The position numbers and the translations under genes are program-made. A stretch of 63,042 nucleotides of DNA, the filler included. It is 4 parts of 4 records of this genome, joined end to end, with 100 filler letters (N's around TTAATTAATTAA, not from the genome) between each part and the next. Parts side by side here need not be neighbours in the genome. Positions count along the whole stretch, not along the records: positions 1 to 26,806 come from SRR20825019_876; positions 26,907 to 39,975 come from SRR20825019_877; 2 more parts are not named here. One strand, 5' to 3'. The notes beneath the pieces were generated by a model. The model ran no database searches. It was not told the DNA's origin and saw only the letters and a program-made list of their open reading frames with translations. This document shows, one piece after another, positions 20,361-30,309 of the stretch. Numbering within the stretch: position 1 is the first letter of the stretch; every line of letters starts with the position of its first letter.

Positions 20361-21074
20361 TTGAATAAGTCTCTTGAAATTATTAATTTAGGCCTAAAGG
20401 ACTACAAAGAAACTTGGGAGTTTCAGGAATCACTTTTTCAAAATATTCTTCAAATTAAAAGTGCAAACAGAAAAGTAAGCACTGTTCAAACAACACCTAA
20501 TTATCTTCTTTTTGTGGAACATCCACATGTATATACGCTTGGGAAAAGTGGACATTTAGAAAATTTACTTATTTCTGAAGAAAAGTTAAAAGAAATTGAC
20601 GCAAAATTCTATAAAATAAATCGCGGTGGCGACATAACCTATCATGGACCAGGACAAGTTGTGGGGTATCCAATTATAGATTTAGAAAATTTTTTTACAG
20701 ACATTCATAAATACCTTCGTTTACTCGAAGAAATGATTATTCTCACTTTAGCTGAATATGGATTGAAAGCAGAGCGAAGTAATGGCGAAACCGGTGTTTG
20801 GCTTGATGTAGGCACCCCTTTTGCTCGAAAAATATGCGCAATGGGTGTGCGCGCAAGCCGTTGGGTTACCATGCATGGTTTTGCGTTAAATGTTAACACA
20901 GACTTAGGGTATTTTGACAATATGATTCCCTGCGGAATTAGAGGCAAAGCAGTTACTTCATTAAATGTAGAACTTGGCAAAACTAGTATTTCAATGAAAG
21001 AAGTAGAAGGAAAATTATTAAAACATTTTCTTACACTTTTTGAAGCTGAAATAAAACGCTCAACAGCCGTTTAA
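20361..21074 (+). CDS. lipB: Lipoyl(octanoyl) transferase
   Basis: EHPHVYTLGK, RGGDITYHGPGQ, KICAMG, HGFALN, IPCGI; TTG start. Confidence 0.95.
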   Translation: MNKSLEIINLGLKDYKETWEFQESLFQNILQIKSANRKVSTVQTTPNYLLFVEHPHVYTLGKSGHLENLLISEEKLKEIDAKFYKINRGGDITYHGPGQVVGYPIIDLENFFTDIHKYLRLLEEMIILTLAEYGLKAERSNGETGVWLDVGTPFARKICAMGVRASRWVTMHGFALNVNTDLGYFDNMIPCGIRGKAVTSLNVELGKTSISMKEVEGKLLKHFLTLFEAEIKRSTAV

Positions 21075-21218
21075 AATACCATTGGATTATTTTTAATAAT
21101 TCCAATATTAAAAATAATTAAAAGGATAATTCACTAAGAATAGATACTGAAAAGTCCTTTTTTGAAAGTTCAATCGATTAGTTCAGTTGTACAATTATTT
21201 CGCAATTTATAGTACTTT

Positions 21219-21259
21219 AAGAGGAATGAAAAACCTACCGTTTTCATTCCTCTTTTTTT
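21219..21259 (+). terminator. 14-bp perfect hairpin with T-tract
   Basis: AAGAGGAATGAAAA-ACCTACCG-TTTTCATTCCTCTT followed by Ts. Confidence 0.65.
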
Positions 21260-21506
21260 ATGCTATTTGTTGCTACTTTTACTGCAACTTCACATTCATA
21301 AACCCAAACAGACAGTGCGAGGTTTTATTATAATTAACAACAAAGCAAATGTTTTTAAAGATTCACAAGAGTAAAAGCGCGCTTTACAGCAACTAAATAT
21401 AGCAAACGCTAAAATAATATCGCACAAGACTCTCTTTATAGTTGCACTTGTTTTGGACAATCTAGGAAGTGTGCAAGCTAAACTTACGTGTAAATTTAAT
21501 GTTTGA
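21226..21506 (+). pseudogene. Decayed remnant of a secreted TPR (sensor-kinase-like) gene
   Basis: With frameshifts it reads MKNLPFSFLFF/MLFVATFTATSHS*TQTDSARFYYN ... ALQQLNIA ... VALVLDNLGSVQAKL (signal peptide plus TPR-like helix). Confidence 0.45.
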
Positions 21507-21565
21507 AAAATAAAACCCTTTTAATAAGGAAAACCGTAAAACTAAAAATCCAAAGCAGACTATCT

Positions 21566-21653
21566 TAGCTTTGAATTTAGTCAAGATAAATTTCTGGGGA
21601 GAAAAATAGGGACTAGGTTAAACCTCTTACGGCGTGCTGTAGGAGGTTTTTTT
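21566..21653 (+). ncRNA. Candidate small RNA (-7 element, about 75 nt, own terminator)
   Basis: TAGCTTTG at 21566-21573; terminator hairpin 21620-21649 whose G-U pairs form only on the + strand; no ORF in between. Confidence 0.4.
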
Positions 21654-21859
21654 ATGAATAAACACATTAAAAAAAACAGTATTACCACTCACACCTATTT
21701 CAGGTAAAAAACAATCAATTAATACATTTTTGACCATTTTTAGCTATAAAACTGACGCTTTTAAACAAAAAAAGTTCATTTTTCAAAAAAAATTATCCTA
21801 ACTTTAAGTTTCTATACCTAACCTACTCGTATTATACATTAAGCTCCATATGTAAATGA

Positions 21860-23833
21860 ATTAAAAAAAATAGCACCATCGGAAAATTAGTTTTTATAAC
21901 TCTTTTAATTTGTTATAGCAGTTTTGCACAAACCTCTATAACGAAGTGGGATTCTCTTATTGCTGAAATACCCAATGAAATTGAGGCAAGAAAGGATTTT
22001 TTAAAGGTTCAAAATCTCAAAGAATTACTATGGAATACTGACTTCACACTTGAAAAAGAAATGCATTATAGCTTAGTGCCAATAATTGAAAAAGCCGATG
22101 TTTGGAGTCATGCAAGTGGAACTTTAAAAGAAATTTTATCGCATGACTTATTAAAGCTATTGGTTTCCTATAAAGTTGAAAACCAAGAAAAAACACTTAA
22201 ATTAGGAAATCAGCTATTAGGTTTTGAAAGGCACTATACACCTCGAGAAATGAATAAAATTCTAGGAATTCTTCATAATACCTACAGAAACCTCGATGCA
22301 CATAATGAAATAACAAAACTCATTCCATTACTAGAAAAATATCAAGACCTTGATCAAGGTTGGAGGGCAAAAGGATTTACCCATAGTTATGATATTGGTA
22401 TGATTAATTATAAAGTTGAAAATTATGAATTGGCCGCTAAACACTTTTTTAAGCAATTAAAAGTTTTCGATTCAATCGGAAATCAACTTTATGTTTCTAG
22501 TATGTATAACAATATTGGCTTGTGTTATTACAGCACAAACAATAATACTAAAGCAATTAGCTACTTTCAAAAAGCGCTTACTGAACTAGAAAAACCTAAT
22601 AAAATAGATGTCCCTAAAGAACCTAATACATATAAAAAATATTTTGAAATGGTTATCAAGGGAAATATCGCCACCATTGATTTTGACAATGGATCCTATG
22701 AAAAAGCTCTAAGTGTATTTAAGGAACAACGAAAACACTCTATTAACATAGGCGAATTCCCCATAAAATCTTCCGTATTATTAAATTTATCTAAAACACA
22801 TTTAGCTTTAAACCAAGCCGTTTTGGCAAACCAATATGCTGATAGCGCAATTGCATCTATAAACAGGCATATAAACCCAAAATTAAGAATTGATATTTAC
22901 AATAATAAAGGCAAAACACTCCTTATTAATAGGATGCCAAAAAAATCGATTGCTTATTTTGAAAAAGCTACTAAAATTAATGACTCAATAAAACAATTAA
23001 AAATAGCGAGAGACAATTTAGTAGAAAAAGTAAAATACGAAATCCAAAAAAAAGAAGAGGATTTACATAAAGCACAACAAACAGTGCTTTTAAAAGAAAA
23101 AATTGCTTCTCAGCAAGCCTTCGTAATTTGGGTTACTGTTATTTTATTTCTTATTATAAGCTACCTCTATTATAAATCTAGAAAAAACAAAAATATTATT
23201 GAAGCACAACAAAAAGTATTACAAGCTTCAGTTAAAGAAAAAGAAATACTCTTAAAAGAAGTTCACCATAGAGTAAAAAACAACCTACAAGTAATTTCTG
23301 GCTTGCTTCAATTGCAATCAACAAAAATTAAAAACAACGACACTCTTCTATTATTAGAAGAGACACAAAATCATATAAGCAGCATTGCAACCATTCACGA
23401 AATGCTATACAACCAAGAGGATAGTGCTTCAATTTATATTGCAGACTATTTAAAAAAACTAACGCTCGAACTCATCGATACATATGATAAATTTGATGTA
23501 AAAATTACTGTAAACGCTGAAAACATAAGTTTATCTATCAATAAAGCAATCCCAATTGGCTTAATTGTCAATGAATTAATAACTAATTCTTTTAAATATG
23601 CTTTCGATACTGAAAAAGGTAGTATTTTAATAGATATCACTAAAAATAATGACACTGAGTATGTATTTACTTACAGCGATAATGGCAAAGGGCTTCCTCC
23701 TGGCTATCAGCAAAATCTTGCAAATACGATGGGCTTTAGACTCATAGATATGTTAGCCGAAGAAATGAATGGCACGATGAAACTCATTAATGAAAATGGA
23801 ATAAAGATAACAATACAATTTAGCGGAACATGA
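21860..23833 (+). CDS. TPR-containing sensor histidine kinase (HisKA_2/HATPase_c); start uncertain (ATT 21860 or ATG 22061)
   Basis: EVHHRVKNNLQ H-box, NELITNSFKYAF, DNGKG; TPR region; TM; signal peptide only in the 67-codon upstream extension. Confidence 0.85.
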   Translation: MKKNSTIGKLVFITLLICYSSFAQTSITKWDSLIAEIPNEIEARKDFLKVQNLKELLWNTDFTLEKEMHYSLVPIIEKADVWSHASGTLKEILSHDLLKLLVSYKVENQEKTLKLGNQLLGFERHYTPREMNKILGILHNTYRNLDAHNEITKLIPLLEKYQDLDQGWRAKGFTHSYDIGMINYKVENYELAAKHFFKQLKVFDSIGNQLYVSSMYNNIGLCYYSTNNNTKAISYFQKALTELEKPNKIDVPKEPNTYKKYFEMVIKGNIATIDFDNGSYEKALSVFKEQRKHSINIGEFPIKSSVLLNLSKTHLALNQAVLANQYADSAIASINRHINPKLRIDIYNNKGKTLLINRMPKKSIAYFEKATKINDSIKQLKIARDNLVEKVKYEIQKKEEDLHKAQQTVLLKEKIASQQAFVIWVTVILFLIISYLYYKSRKNKNIIEAQQKVLQASVKEKEILLKEVHHRVKNNLQVISGLLQLQSTKIKNNDTLLLLEETQNHISSIATIHEMLYNQEDSASIYIADYLKKLTLELIDTYDKFDVKITVNAENISLSINKAIPIGLIVNELITNSFKYAFDTEKGSILIDITKNNDTEYVFTYSDNGKGLPPGYQQNLANTMGFRLIDMLAEEMNGTMKLINENGIKITIQFSGT

Positions 23834-24537
23834 GAGAAAAAATTTACATAGTTGAAGATATGGCTGTTGCCCGTGCAGCATTGATAAACACGTTATTAGC
23901 AAATAATTTCTTAGTAGTTGGAAGCGCCGCAAGTGCCGAAAAAGCATGGGCAGACATAAATCAACTATCTGTTGATTTGGTTCTTTTAGACATTAATTTA
24001 ACTGGCGAAAAAGATGGCATTTGGCTGGCAGAACAAATACGTTCTGAAAAAGAATTACCAATTGTGTTTCTTACAGCATATGGCGATTCAAACACATTAA
24101 GCCAGTTAATCAATTTAAAGCCAAATGGGTACCTAATGAAACCCTATAATGAACCTACACTTCTTGCAACAATAGCTATTGCACTTAGAACTTTTAGTGT
24201 AAATGAAGAACCTACAACTTCACATAACCCACATATTTATATTAAAAACAAAGGACTTAAAATTAAAATAGATTTAAACAAAGTGCTTTATATTAAGTCT
24301 GACGGCAACTATATAGACATACATCTTAATAAAATAAAATATACGGTTAGAAATAAATTAAAGGCATTTATAAATGCGCTACCTATTAAAACCATAACAC
24401 AGGTTCACCAGCGCTATGCAATCAACTTAAGTTATATAGAAGCTATTTCAAATAACACTGTAGTTGTTAACTCCATTAATATACCGGTATCAAAATCGTA
24501 TAAAGAGGACTTTATGTCTAAATTAAAACAACTATAA
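23830..24537 (+). CDS. REC-LytTR response regulator
   Basis: IVED, LLDINL, FLTAY, KP receiver motifs; YIKSDGNY..QVHQRYAIN..IPVSKSYK LytTR; ATGA overlap with the kinase stop. Confidence 0.92.
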   Translation: MREKIYIVEDMAVARAALINTLLANNFLVVGSAASAEKAWADINQLSVDLVLLDINLTGEKDGIWLAEQIRSEKELPIVFLTAYGDSNTLSQLINLKPNGYLMKPYNEPTLLATIAIALRTFSVNEEPTTSHNPHIYIKNKGLKIKIDLNKVLYIKSDGNYIDIHLNKIKYTVRNKLKAFINALPIKTITQVHQRYAINLSYIEAISNNTVVVNSINIPVSKSYKEDFMSKLKQL

Positions 24538-24539
24538 TC

Positions 24540-24568
24540 CTTCACAAAAAACAACCAATACTTCACAA
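24540..24568 (+). promoter_or_regulatory. Candidate LytTR binding site (direct repeat with 21-bp period)
   Basis: CTTCACAA at 24540 and 24561. Confidence 0.5.
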
Positions 24569-25426
24569 TCTTTTTTTTATACAGATTAAATGTAAGAAGT
24601 TTACGACTTAAATGTGATTTTAGTTTAATCAGGTTTTTCCTAGAACACATTTAAAAACCAAGAGAGAGTTGGTTTTTTATTTAAGTCAAACTAAAAAGAT
24701 AAAACAAATTTAATTATGTAAGTGAAATCTCGGGGGAGGTAAGCTTTTAATAACAAAGTTTTAATTTGTTTACTTATTTTTTTTGATTAAAAACTATGGC
24801 GCCACTACTAAGTATTTTATATACAGCGGCTCTATTTTATTAAAAGACCCATTAAAACACAGTCTTTTATAACCAACTTTTTTTTATTTCTTTAATATAA
24901 ATATTCACTAAAAAAAGCATCTTTTAGCTTTTAGTGTTTTAACATTTTATTAACTGTCATGAAAGTGCAATAATTTTTCAATATTCTCTTTAACACACTT
25001 CTATCATTTAAAGTGTATAAAATAAATTGAAAATTAATCTTTGCTCCAAATCATTGATTTATTGCACTTTATGCCAGTATAATTTTCTCACCTTTTATTT
25101 AGCTCCAAAAGCTTCCTTTTTTTTAGATTTCTTCATAAAGATTCTCATTTTGAGACATTTTAACATTTCTTTTTGGTTTTTTTTAGTACTTTTGAACCGT
25201 AAAAAACGCATTACATCGATTAAATAATTAAAACAACCCAATTAAATGCAAAAAAAACGAGATGACACTAAATTTCAGACACTTACAACAACTCTCATTC
25301 TTTTAAATTTTTAAAAAGTTACTAGCCTTATCTTTTCAAACTTCATTTTTGAAATAAAAAAAGATAAAAATTTCGATTCCCTAATTGATGAACACCTTAT
25401 AAATCATTGAAAATAAATTTTCTATT

Positions 25427-26806
25427 ATGAAAAAATCACTACCCCCACAGAGGTATTATGGGCTACTTAAACCCTTCATATTGCTGTTTTTTTTCCTCTT
25501 AACTACACATACTGCTTTATCACAAAACAAAGTGATTGCAAACAGTGTAATTTCTAGTTCACATGTAGACAATCCTAATTTCGCAATTGCAGAAAATGGA
25601 CTTTCGGCGACATTAAACTCCTACGGTGGGATTATTGGTGGCGCCCTCGCTTATAGTGGTAAGTTAGAACTTCAGTATCCAGGCTTAGTTCCAGCAAACA
25701 CTACTACATTTGTAAGAATAGATATAGAAGAAGACTTGCTAAATTCATTGCTTGGAGGAAGCTTAGGTGGCTTACTAGCAGATATATTAGAAACCGTTAT
25801 TCTTGGGAATCACTATTTCAATATTGAAGCACGAAACGGAAGTACTACAGTATTTTCAGGATCTTCAATTACACCTCCATCAGACGGAAGACTTAGAGTT
25901 GTTCAAGATAAAAATGGAGATTTTTATGTTGCCATAACTCCAGATCAAGCATATAATAGAATTTATATTGAAGACAGAACTGATGCGTTACTTCTTGGAA
26001 GAACGAATAGCATGGAAGTTTATCACGCATTTTATTTTGATAACAACCAATGTGAGTTAGACCCTCTTTTTACAGATTACGACGGTACTGGTATTACTTT
26101 AGACCTTCTTAAAATTGGTGGAGCTGGAGTTACAGATCCTCATTTAGTGCTAGATAATGATTTAGATACTCACTCTGAAATAAGTTTAGGAATACTTGGT
26201 GTATTAGCATCTATGCAACAAAATGTGTATTTCCCTACAACTTACTCGCCAACAGACGAATTTTCTGTAACATTAAGTACTGACGCGGCTCTAGTAACAC
26301 TTGGCCTATTAAACAATGTAAATGTTAGCGCTTATAACGGCCCTACATTAGTTTATTCAACAGACCTTTCTTCTGTTTTAAACCTTGATTTGCTTACATT
26401 ATTACAAAATGGCGATAAAGCAACAATAGTATTTGAACCAGGATTAGCTTTTGATAGAGTTATTATAAGCCTTTCTTCATTATTAGGTGTAAATGTTGAT
26501 CAAAGACTTAATGTATATGACATCTCCGTTTTAGGTCCTGATGCACCAACAACGAATGATGATACTCAAGAATTCTGCGCTGTTGAAGAACCAACTATAG
26601 CAGATCTTGATGTGAATGAAACTACAGTAGTATGGTATGATGCACCAACAGGTGGAAATTTATACGATCCTACAGATCCTTTAGCAGATAATACAAGCTA
26701 TTATGGTGCTCAAATTTTAAATGGTTGTGAAAGCATTTTAAGACTTGAAATTCAAGTAACTATTAACGATACTGCCACTCCAACAACTAATGATGATACA
26801 CAAGAA
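25427..26806 (+). CDS. N-terminus of a large secreted repeat adhesin (probable T9SS substrate), truncated at contig end
   Basis: Signal peptide; Ig-like repeat PTTNDDTQEFC..WYDAPTGG..YYGAQ begins to repeat at the break. Confidence 0.75.
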
Positions 26807-26906
26807 NNNNNNNNNNNNNNNNNNNNNNNNNNNNNNNNNNNNNNNNNNNNTTAATTAATTAANNNNNNNNNNNNNNNNNNNNNNNNNNNNNNNNNNNNNN
26901 NNNNNN
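26807..26906. other. Artificial contig spacer
   Basis: 44 N + TTAATTAATTAA (stops in all six frames) + 44 N. Confidence 0.98.
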
Positions 26907-27173
26907 ATGTCTCAGTTAACTCCAGAAGTTATGGCTAAGGCAGAAGAAGATATTAAAGCAGAATTAAAAGCTGAAGGAAAGCCAGAAAAAATTTGGGACA
27001 AAATTGTACCAGGTAAGGTTGAGCGTTTTGTTGCAGACAACACAACTTTAGACCACGAAAAAGCATTGCTAGACCAACGCTTTATTATGGATGACAGCAA
27101 AAACGTAGCACAATATGTAGCTAGCCAAGGCGATGCAGATGTTGTAGCGTTTAAACGTGTTACTTTAGGATAA
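26907..27173 (+). CDS. tsf: Elongation factor Ts, C-terminal part (5' truncated)
   Basis: [35 protein letters not shown]; lies upstream of pyrH-frr. Confidence 0.93.
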   Translation: MSQLTPEVMAKAEEDIKAELKAEGKPEKIWDKIVPGKVERFVADNTTLDHEKALLDQRFIMDDSKNVAQYVASQGDADVVAFKRVTLG

Positions 27174-27196
27174 TATCTTAAAACACTTTACTATAT

Positions 27197-27228
27197 AAAG
27201 GCTTCTCAGAAATGAGAGGCCTTTTTTT
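27197..27228 (+). terminator. tsf terminator
   Basis: AAAGGCTTCTCA-GAAA-TGAGAGGCCTTTTTTT. Confidence 0.8.
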
Positions 27229-27240
27229 GTTTTTAAAAAG

Positions 27241-27328
27241 TTAATTTTATACAGAGCAAATCTCTAACTGGACTAAATTAGGCTTAGGCGAAAATGATAC
27301 ACTGGACACCTCAAACACCTGTAATTAA
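27241..27328 (+). pseudogene. Orphan C-terminal gene fragment coupled to the DUF6705-like gene
   Basis: LILYRAN/SNWTKLGLGENDTLDTSNTCN*; its TAA overlaps the next ATG (TAATG, 27326-27330). Confidence 0.55.
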
Positions 27329-27975
27329 TGATGATGACTAGAATATATTTGATAGCTATAATACTGTTAACAGCAATATCCTGCAAGGCGCAATTTGTAC
27401 AGGAGACCAAACCACTTTACAGTAACGACAACTGGCGTGAAATAGCACAAGAGAATACCTACTACAAGGACTTTAACAATGATTTGGGCAGGTTGGTTGG
27501 CACTTGGAAGGTTACCAGTGGCTTGGAAACATTTGAACTATCTCTGGTTTTTAACGAGAAATATCTTACCACATCATATACTAATGCTGAATATGAAGAA
27601 GACATGCTTTATGGTGAATATAAATACATCAATAGTGAAGGTATAGAGCTTGTCAACTCTTTAGGAGAGCTACAATCTTCGACAGATCCTTATGAACACC
27701 TCATTAAGGGAAATTACATAACAAACATAAATAATACCGAGTTGTGTGAGACCTGCACAGACGAGTTGGCAGTCAAATTACATATAGATGATCCGCAGCG
27801 GGATTACATACCCTATAGAATGTACATCCAGCACATCCCTGCCAACAGCCAAGGTAATCCTGTGGAGCAAATTAAGCTTGTTATGCGGGTTTCTGGCACA
27901 TTCACGTACCCATTAGGCGAGCTTGGCGATGATCGTATTCGCCTTGGCTTTTATACTTTAAATAAAGTGGAGTAA
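27328..27975 (+). CDS. DUF6705-like exported protein
   Basis: SCKAQ signal; YYKDFNNDL..VGTW and DMLYGEYKY..G.ELVNSL motifs. Confidence 0.75.
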   Translation: MMMTRIYLIAIILLTAISCKAQFVQETKPLYSNDNWREIAQENTYYKDFNNDLGRLVGTWKVTSGLETFELSLVFNEKYLTTSYTNAEYEEDMLYGEYKYINSEGIELVNSLGELQSSTDPYEHLIKGNYITNINNTELCETCTDELAVKLHIDDPQRDYIPYRMYIQHIPANSQGNPVEQIKLVMRVSGTFTYPLGELGDDRIRLGFYTLNKVE

Positions 27976-28000
27976 GCGTTCAAAATAAAAATGCAAGTTT

Positions 28001-28735
28001 TTACTCCTGTAACGTTATTCTTAAATAACCTAAACGTGGTGATACTGTTGTTCCATCTCCTAATGGTGCGTCAGATATTTGGGTAATTGGTTGTTGCGGT
28101 ATTGTTTCAGCATTATCATAGCTAAATGTATTTCCGTTTTCTGTACCAGCATCATAGGCCTTTACATCAATTTCAACAGTGTTTACCCAAGAATCATTTT
28201 CAAATAATGATACAGATGATACTCCAGAAAACCAATCTGGGCTTGGCGCTATCATAGCTACATAACTTAACTTAGAGAAATTTTGAGTAGCTTCAACAGT
28301 AAGTAAATCTGTGCCATTACCTGGTATACTTGCTGGTCCAATTTTATATTGGTTTGCCTCTCCAGCAGATATTAACGTTTGCATTTCAACTTCTAAATTG
28401 TCATTGTCGCCTATTTCAGACATATCTTCAATACCTGTACTAGCCAATTCGCCTTCAGTAAATAAAGTCACATTAGCATTATGCGTAAGTAGTATGGTTT
28501 TAGAAAAATGGTCATCATTAGGAAACATATTAGGATGACTTTCTGCGGTCCACTCACCAATAAACTCAACAGTATAGGTTGCCGTTAAGGGTGTGTTATC
28601 ATTAGGTTCTTCTGGCACCTCATTAACTGTATTAAAATTATTGTCTTCGTTATTTTTGTTGGCATCTTCATCTACATTACAAGATATAAACGCACAAAAT
28701 AACACTAATAAAAAAGGTTTATAGGAATAGGTCAT
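28001..28735 (-). CDS. Spondin_N domain lipoprotein
   Basis: Lipobox FISC; ATYTVEF.GEW..SHP..FP..HFS, MIAPSPDWF.GV, YDAGTE. Confidence 0.88.
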   Translation of the reverse strand: MTYSYKPFLLVLFCAFISCNVDEDANKNNEDNNFNTVNEVPEEPNDNTPLTATYTVEFIGEWTAESHPNMFPNDDHFSKTILLTHNANVTLFTEGELASTGIEDMSEIGDNDNLEVEMQTLISAGEANQYKIGPASIPGNGTDLLTVEATQNFSKLSYVAMIAPSPDWFSGVSSVSLFENDSWVNTVEIDVKAYDAGTENGNTFSYDNAETIPQQPITQISDAPLGDGTTVSPRLGYLRITLQE

Positions 28736-28845
28736 AACTACTGAATATTAAACTATTAGGTCGAAAATAAATAAAGTATCTTACATACTAACGTAAAAAC
28801 TAATACACTAGTTTTAATATCCTAAGCACACTGAGTTTTTTTGAT

Positions 28846-28853
28846 TATTTTTG
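28846..28853 (+). promoter_or_regulatory. Bacteroidota -7 element upstream of pyrH
   Basis: TATTTTTG matches TAnnTTTG. Confidence 0.55.
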
Positions 28854-28884
28854 TGCAAAATTTCACATTACTTAATATCTACCT

Positions 28885-29592
28885 ATGCAATACAAACGCA
28901 TCTTACTCAAACTTTCTGGTGAAGCTTTAATGGGAAACCGCCAATACGGGATAGACCCAGATCGTCTAGCAGAGTATGCACAGGATATAAAAACTATTAT
29001 AGATAAAGGTGTAGAGGTTGCAATAGTTATTGGTGGTGGCAATATCTTTAGAGGTGTTGCTGGAGCTAGTAGAGGTATGGATCGCGTACAGGGCGATCAT
29101 ATGGGTATGTTAGCCACTGTAATTAATGGCTTGGCGCTACAAAGTGCTTGTGAAGATGCCGGTATACAGACACGCTTACAAACCGCTATAAAAATAAATG
29201 AAGTTGCAGAGCCTTTTATTAGACGTAAAGCTATGCGCCATTTAGAAAAAGGACGCGTGGTTATTTTTGGTGGAGGCACAGGTAATCCTTACTTTACTAC
29301 AGACTCTGCTGCAGTTCTTAGAGCTATAGAGATTGAAGCAGATGTAATCTTAAAAGGAACTCGTGTAGATGGTATTTACACAGCAGATCCAGAAAAAGAT
29401 AAAGAAGCTACTAAGTTTGATTACATAACGTTTGATGATGTTCTTAAAAAAGGTTTGAAAGTTATGGATACAACGGCATTTACATTAAGCCAAGAAAACA
29501 AATTGCCGATAATTGTATTTGATATGAATACACCAGGTAATTTACTAAAAGTGGTTTCTGGAGAAACTATTGGAACCAAAGTTAATATGTAA
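28885..29592 (+). CDS. pyrH: UMP kinase
   Basis: [35 protein letters not shown]. Confidence 0.98.
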   Translation: MQYKRILLKLSGEALMGNRQYGIDPDRLAEYAQDIKTIIDKGVEVAIVIGGGNIFRGVAGASRGMDRVQGDHMGMLATVINGLALQSACEDAGIQTRLQTAIKINEVAEPFIRRKAMRHLEKGRVVIFGGGTGNPYFTTDSAAVLRAIEIEADVILKGTRVDGIYTADPEKDKEATKFDYITFDDVLKKGLKVMDTTAFTLSQENKLPIIVFDMNTPGNLLKVVSGETIGTKVNM

Positions 29593-29640
29593 CTTTGGCG
29601 CAACATTTGATTTGAGTTTTTTTAAAATACTATAAATATC

Positions 29641-30198
29641 ATGAACGACGATTTAAAATTTATAATAGACAGCACTAAGGAAGATATGGAAAAAGCCATA
29701 AAGCACTTAGAAAAGAAACTTATAAATATACGCGCAGGAAAAGCTAGTCCTGCAATGTTATCTGGAGTAATGGTAGACTATTATGGGTCTCCAACACCTC
29801 TTAATCAAGTTGGTAATGTAAATACACCAGACGCAAGAACAATATCTATTCAGCCTTTTGAAAAATCTATGATCCAGGAGATTGAAAAAGCTATCATGAA
29901 TGCCAATTTAGGTTTTAATCCTATGAACAATGGAGAGAGCGTAATTATAAACGTGCCACCATTAACAGAAGAGCGTCGTAAAGAATTAGCTAAACAAGCT
30001 AAAAACGAAGCTGAAGAATCTAAAATTGGGGTTAGAAATGACCGTAAAAATGCAAACCAAGAAATTAAGAAGTTAGAAGACGCTTCTGAGGATCTTAAGA
30101 AAAACGCAGAGATAGACGTACAAAACCTTACAGATAAATACATTGCAAAAATAGATGAAGTGTATGCTGCAAAAGAGGTTGAAATTATGAAAGTCTAA
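29641..30198 (+). CDS. frr: Ribosome recycling factor
   Basis: IRAGKASP, YYGSPTPL, PPLTEERRKEL. Confidence 0.97.
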   Translation: MNDDLKFIIDSTKEDMEKAIKHLEKKLINIRAGKASPAMLSGVMVDYYGSPTPLNQVGNVNTPDARTISIQPFEKSMIQEIEKAIMNANLGFNPMNNGESVIINVPPLTEERRKELAKQAKNEAEESKIGVRNDRKNANQEIKKLEDASEDLKKNAEIDVQNLTDKYIAKIDEVYAAKEVEIMKV

Positions 30199-30222
30199 CT
30201 ATTTTTCATTTAGACATTATAT

Positions 30223-30297
30223 ACTGCCTAAAACATTAATGCGTTGTCTTAATGGTTATCATTAAGAGTGTCTTTATGTTTTAGGCAGTCTTTTTTT
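30223..30297 (+). terminator. Long hairpin with T-tract after frr
   Basis: ACTGCCTAAAACAT (30223-36) pairs with ATGTTTTAGGCAGT (30276-89); inner TCTTAATG/CATTAAGA stem. Confidence 0.6.
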
Positions 30298-30309
30298 AAA
30301 TAAATTGTT

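Noticed and set aside
25027..25227. 66-aa TTG-start ORF
   Set aside because: F/L/K-rich translation of AT-rich intergenic DNA with no supporting signals
26851..26862. TTAATTAATTAA palindrome repeated three times as a possible att site or repeat
   Set aside because: Always centred in N44/N44 padding; a synthetic six-frame stop linker
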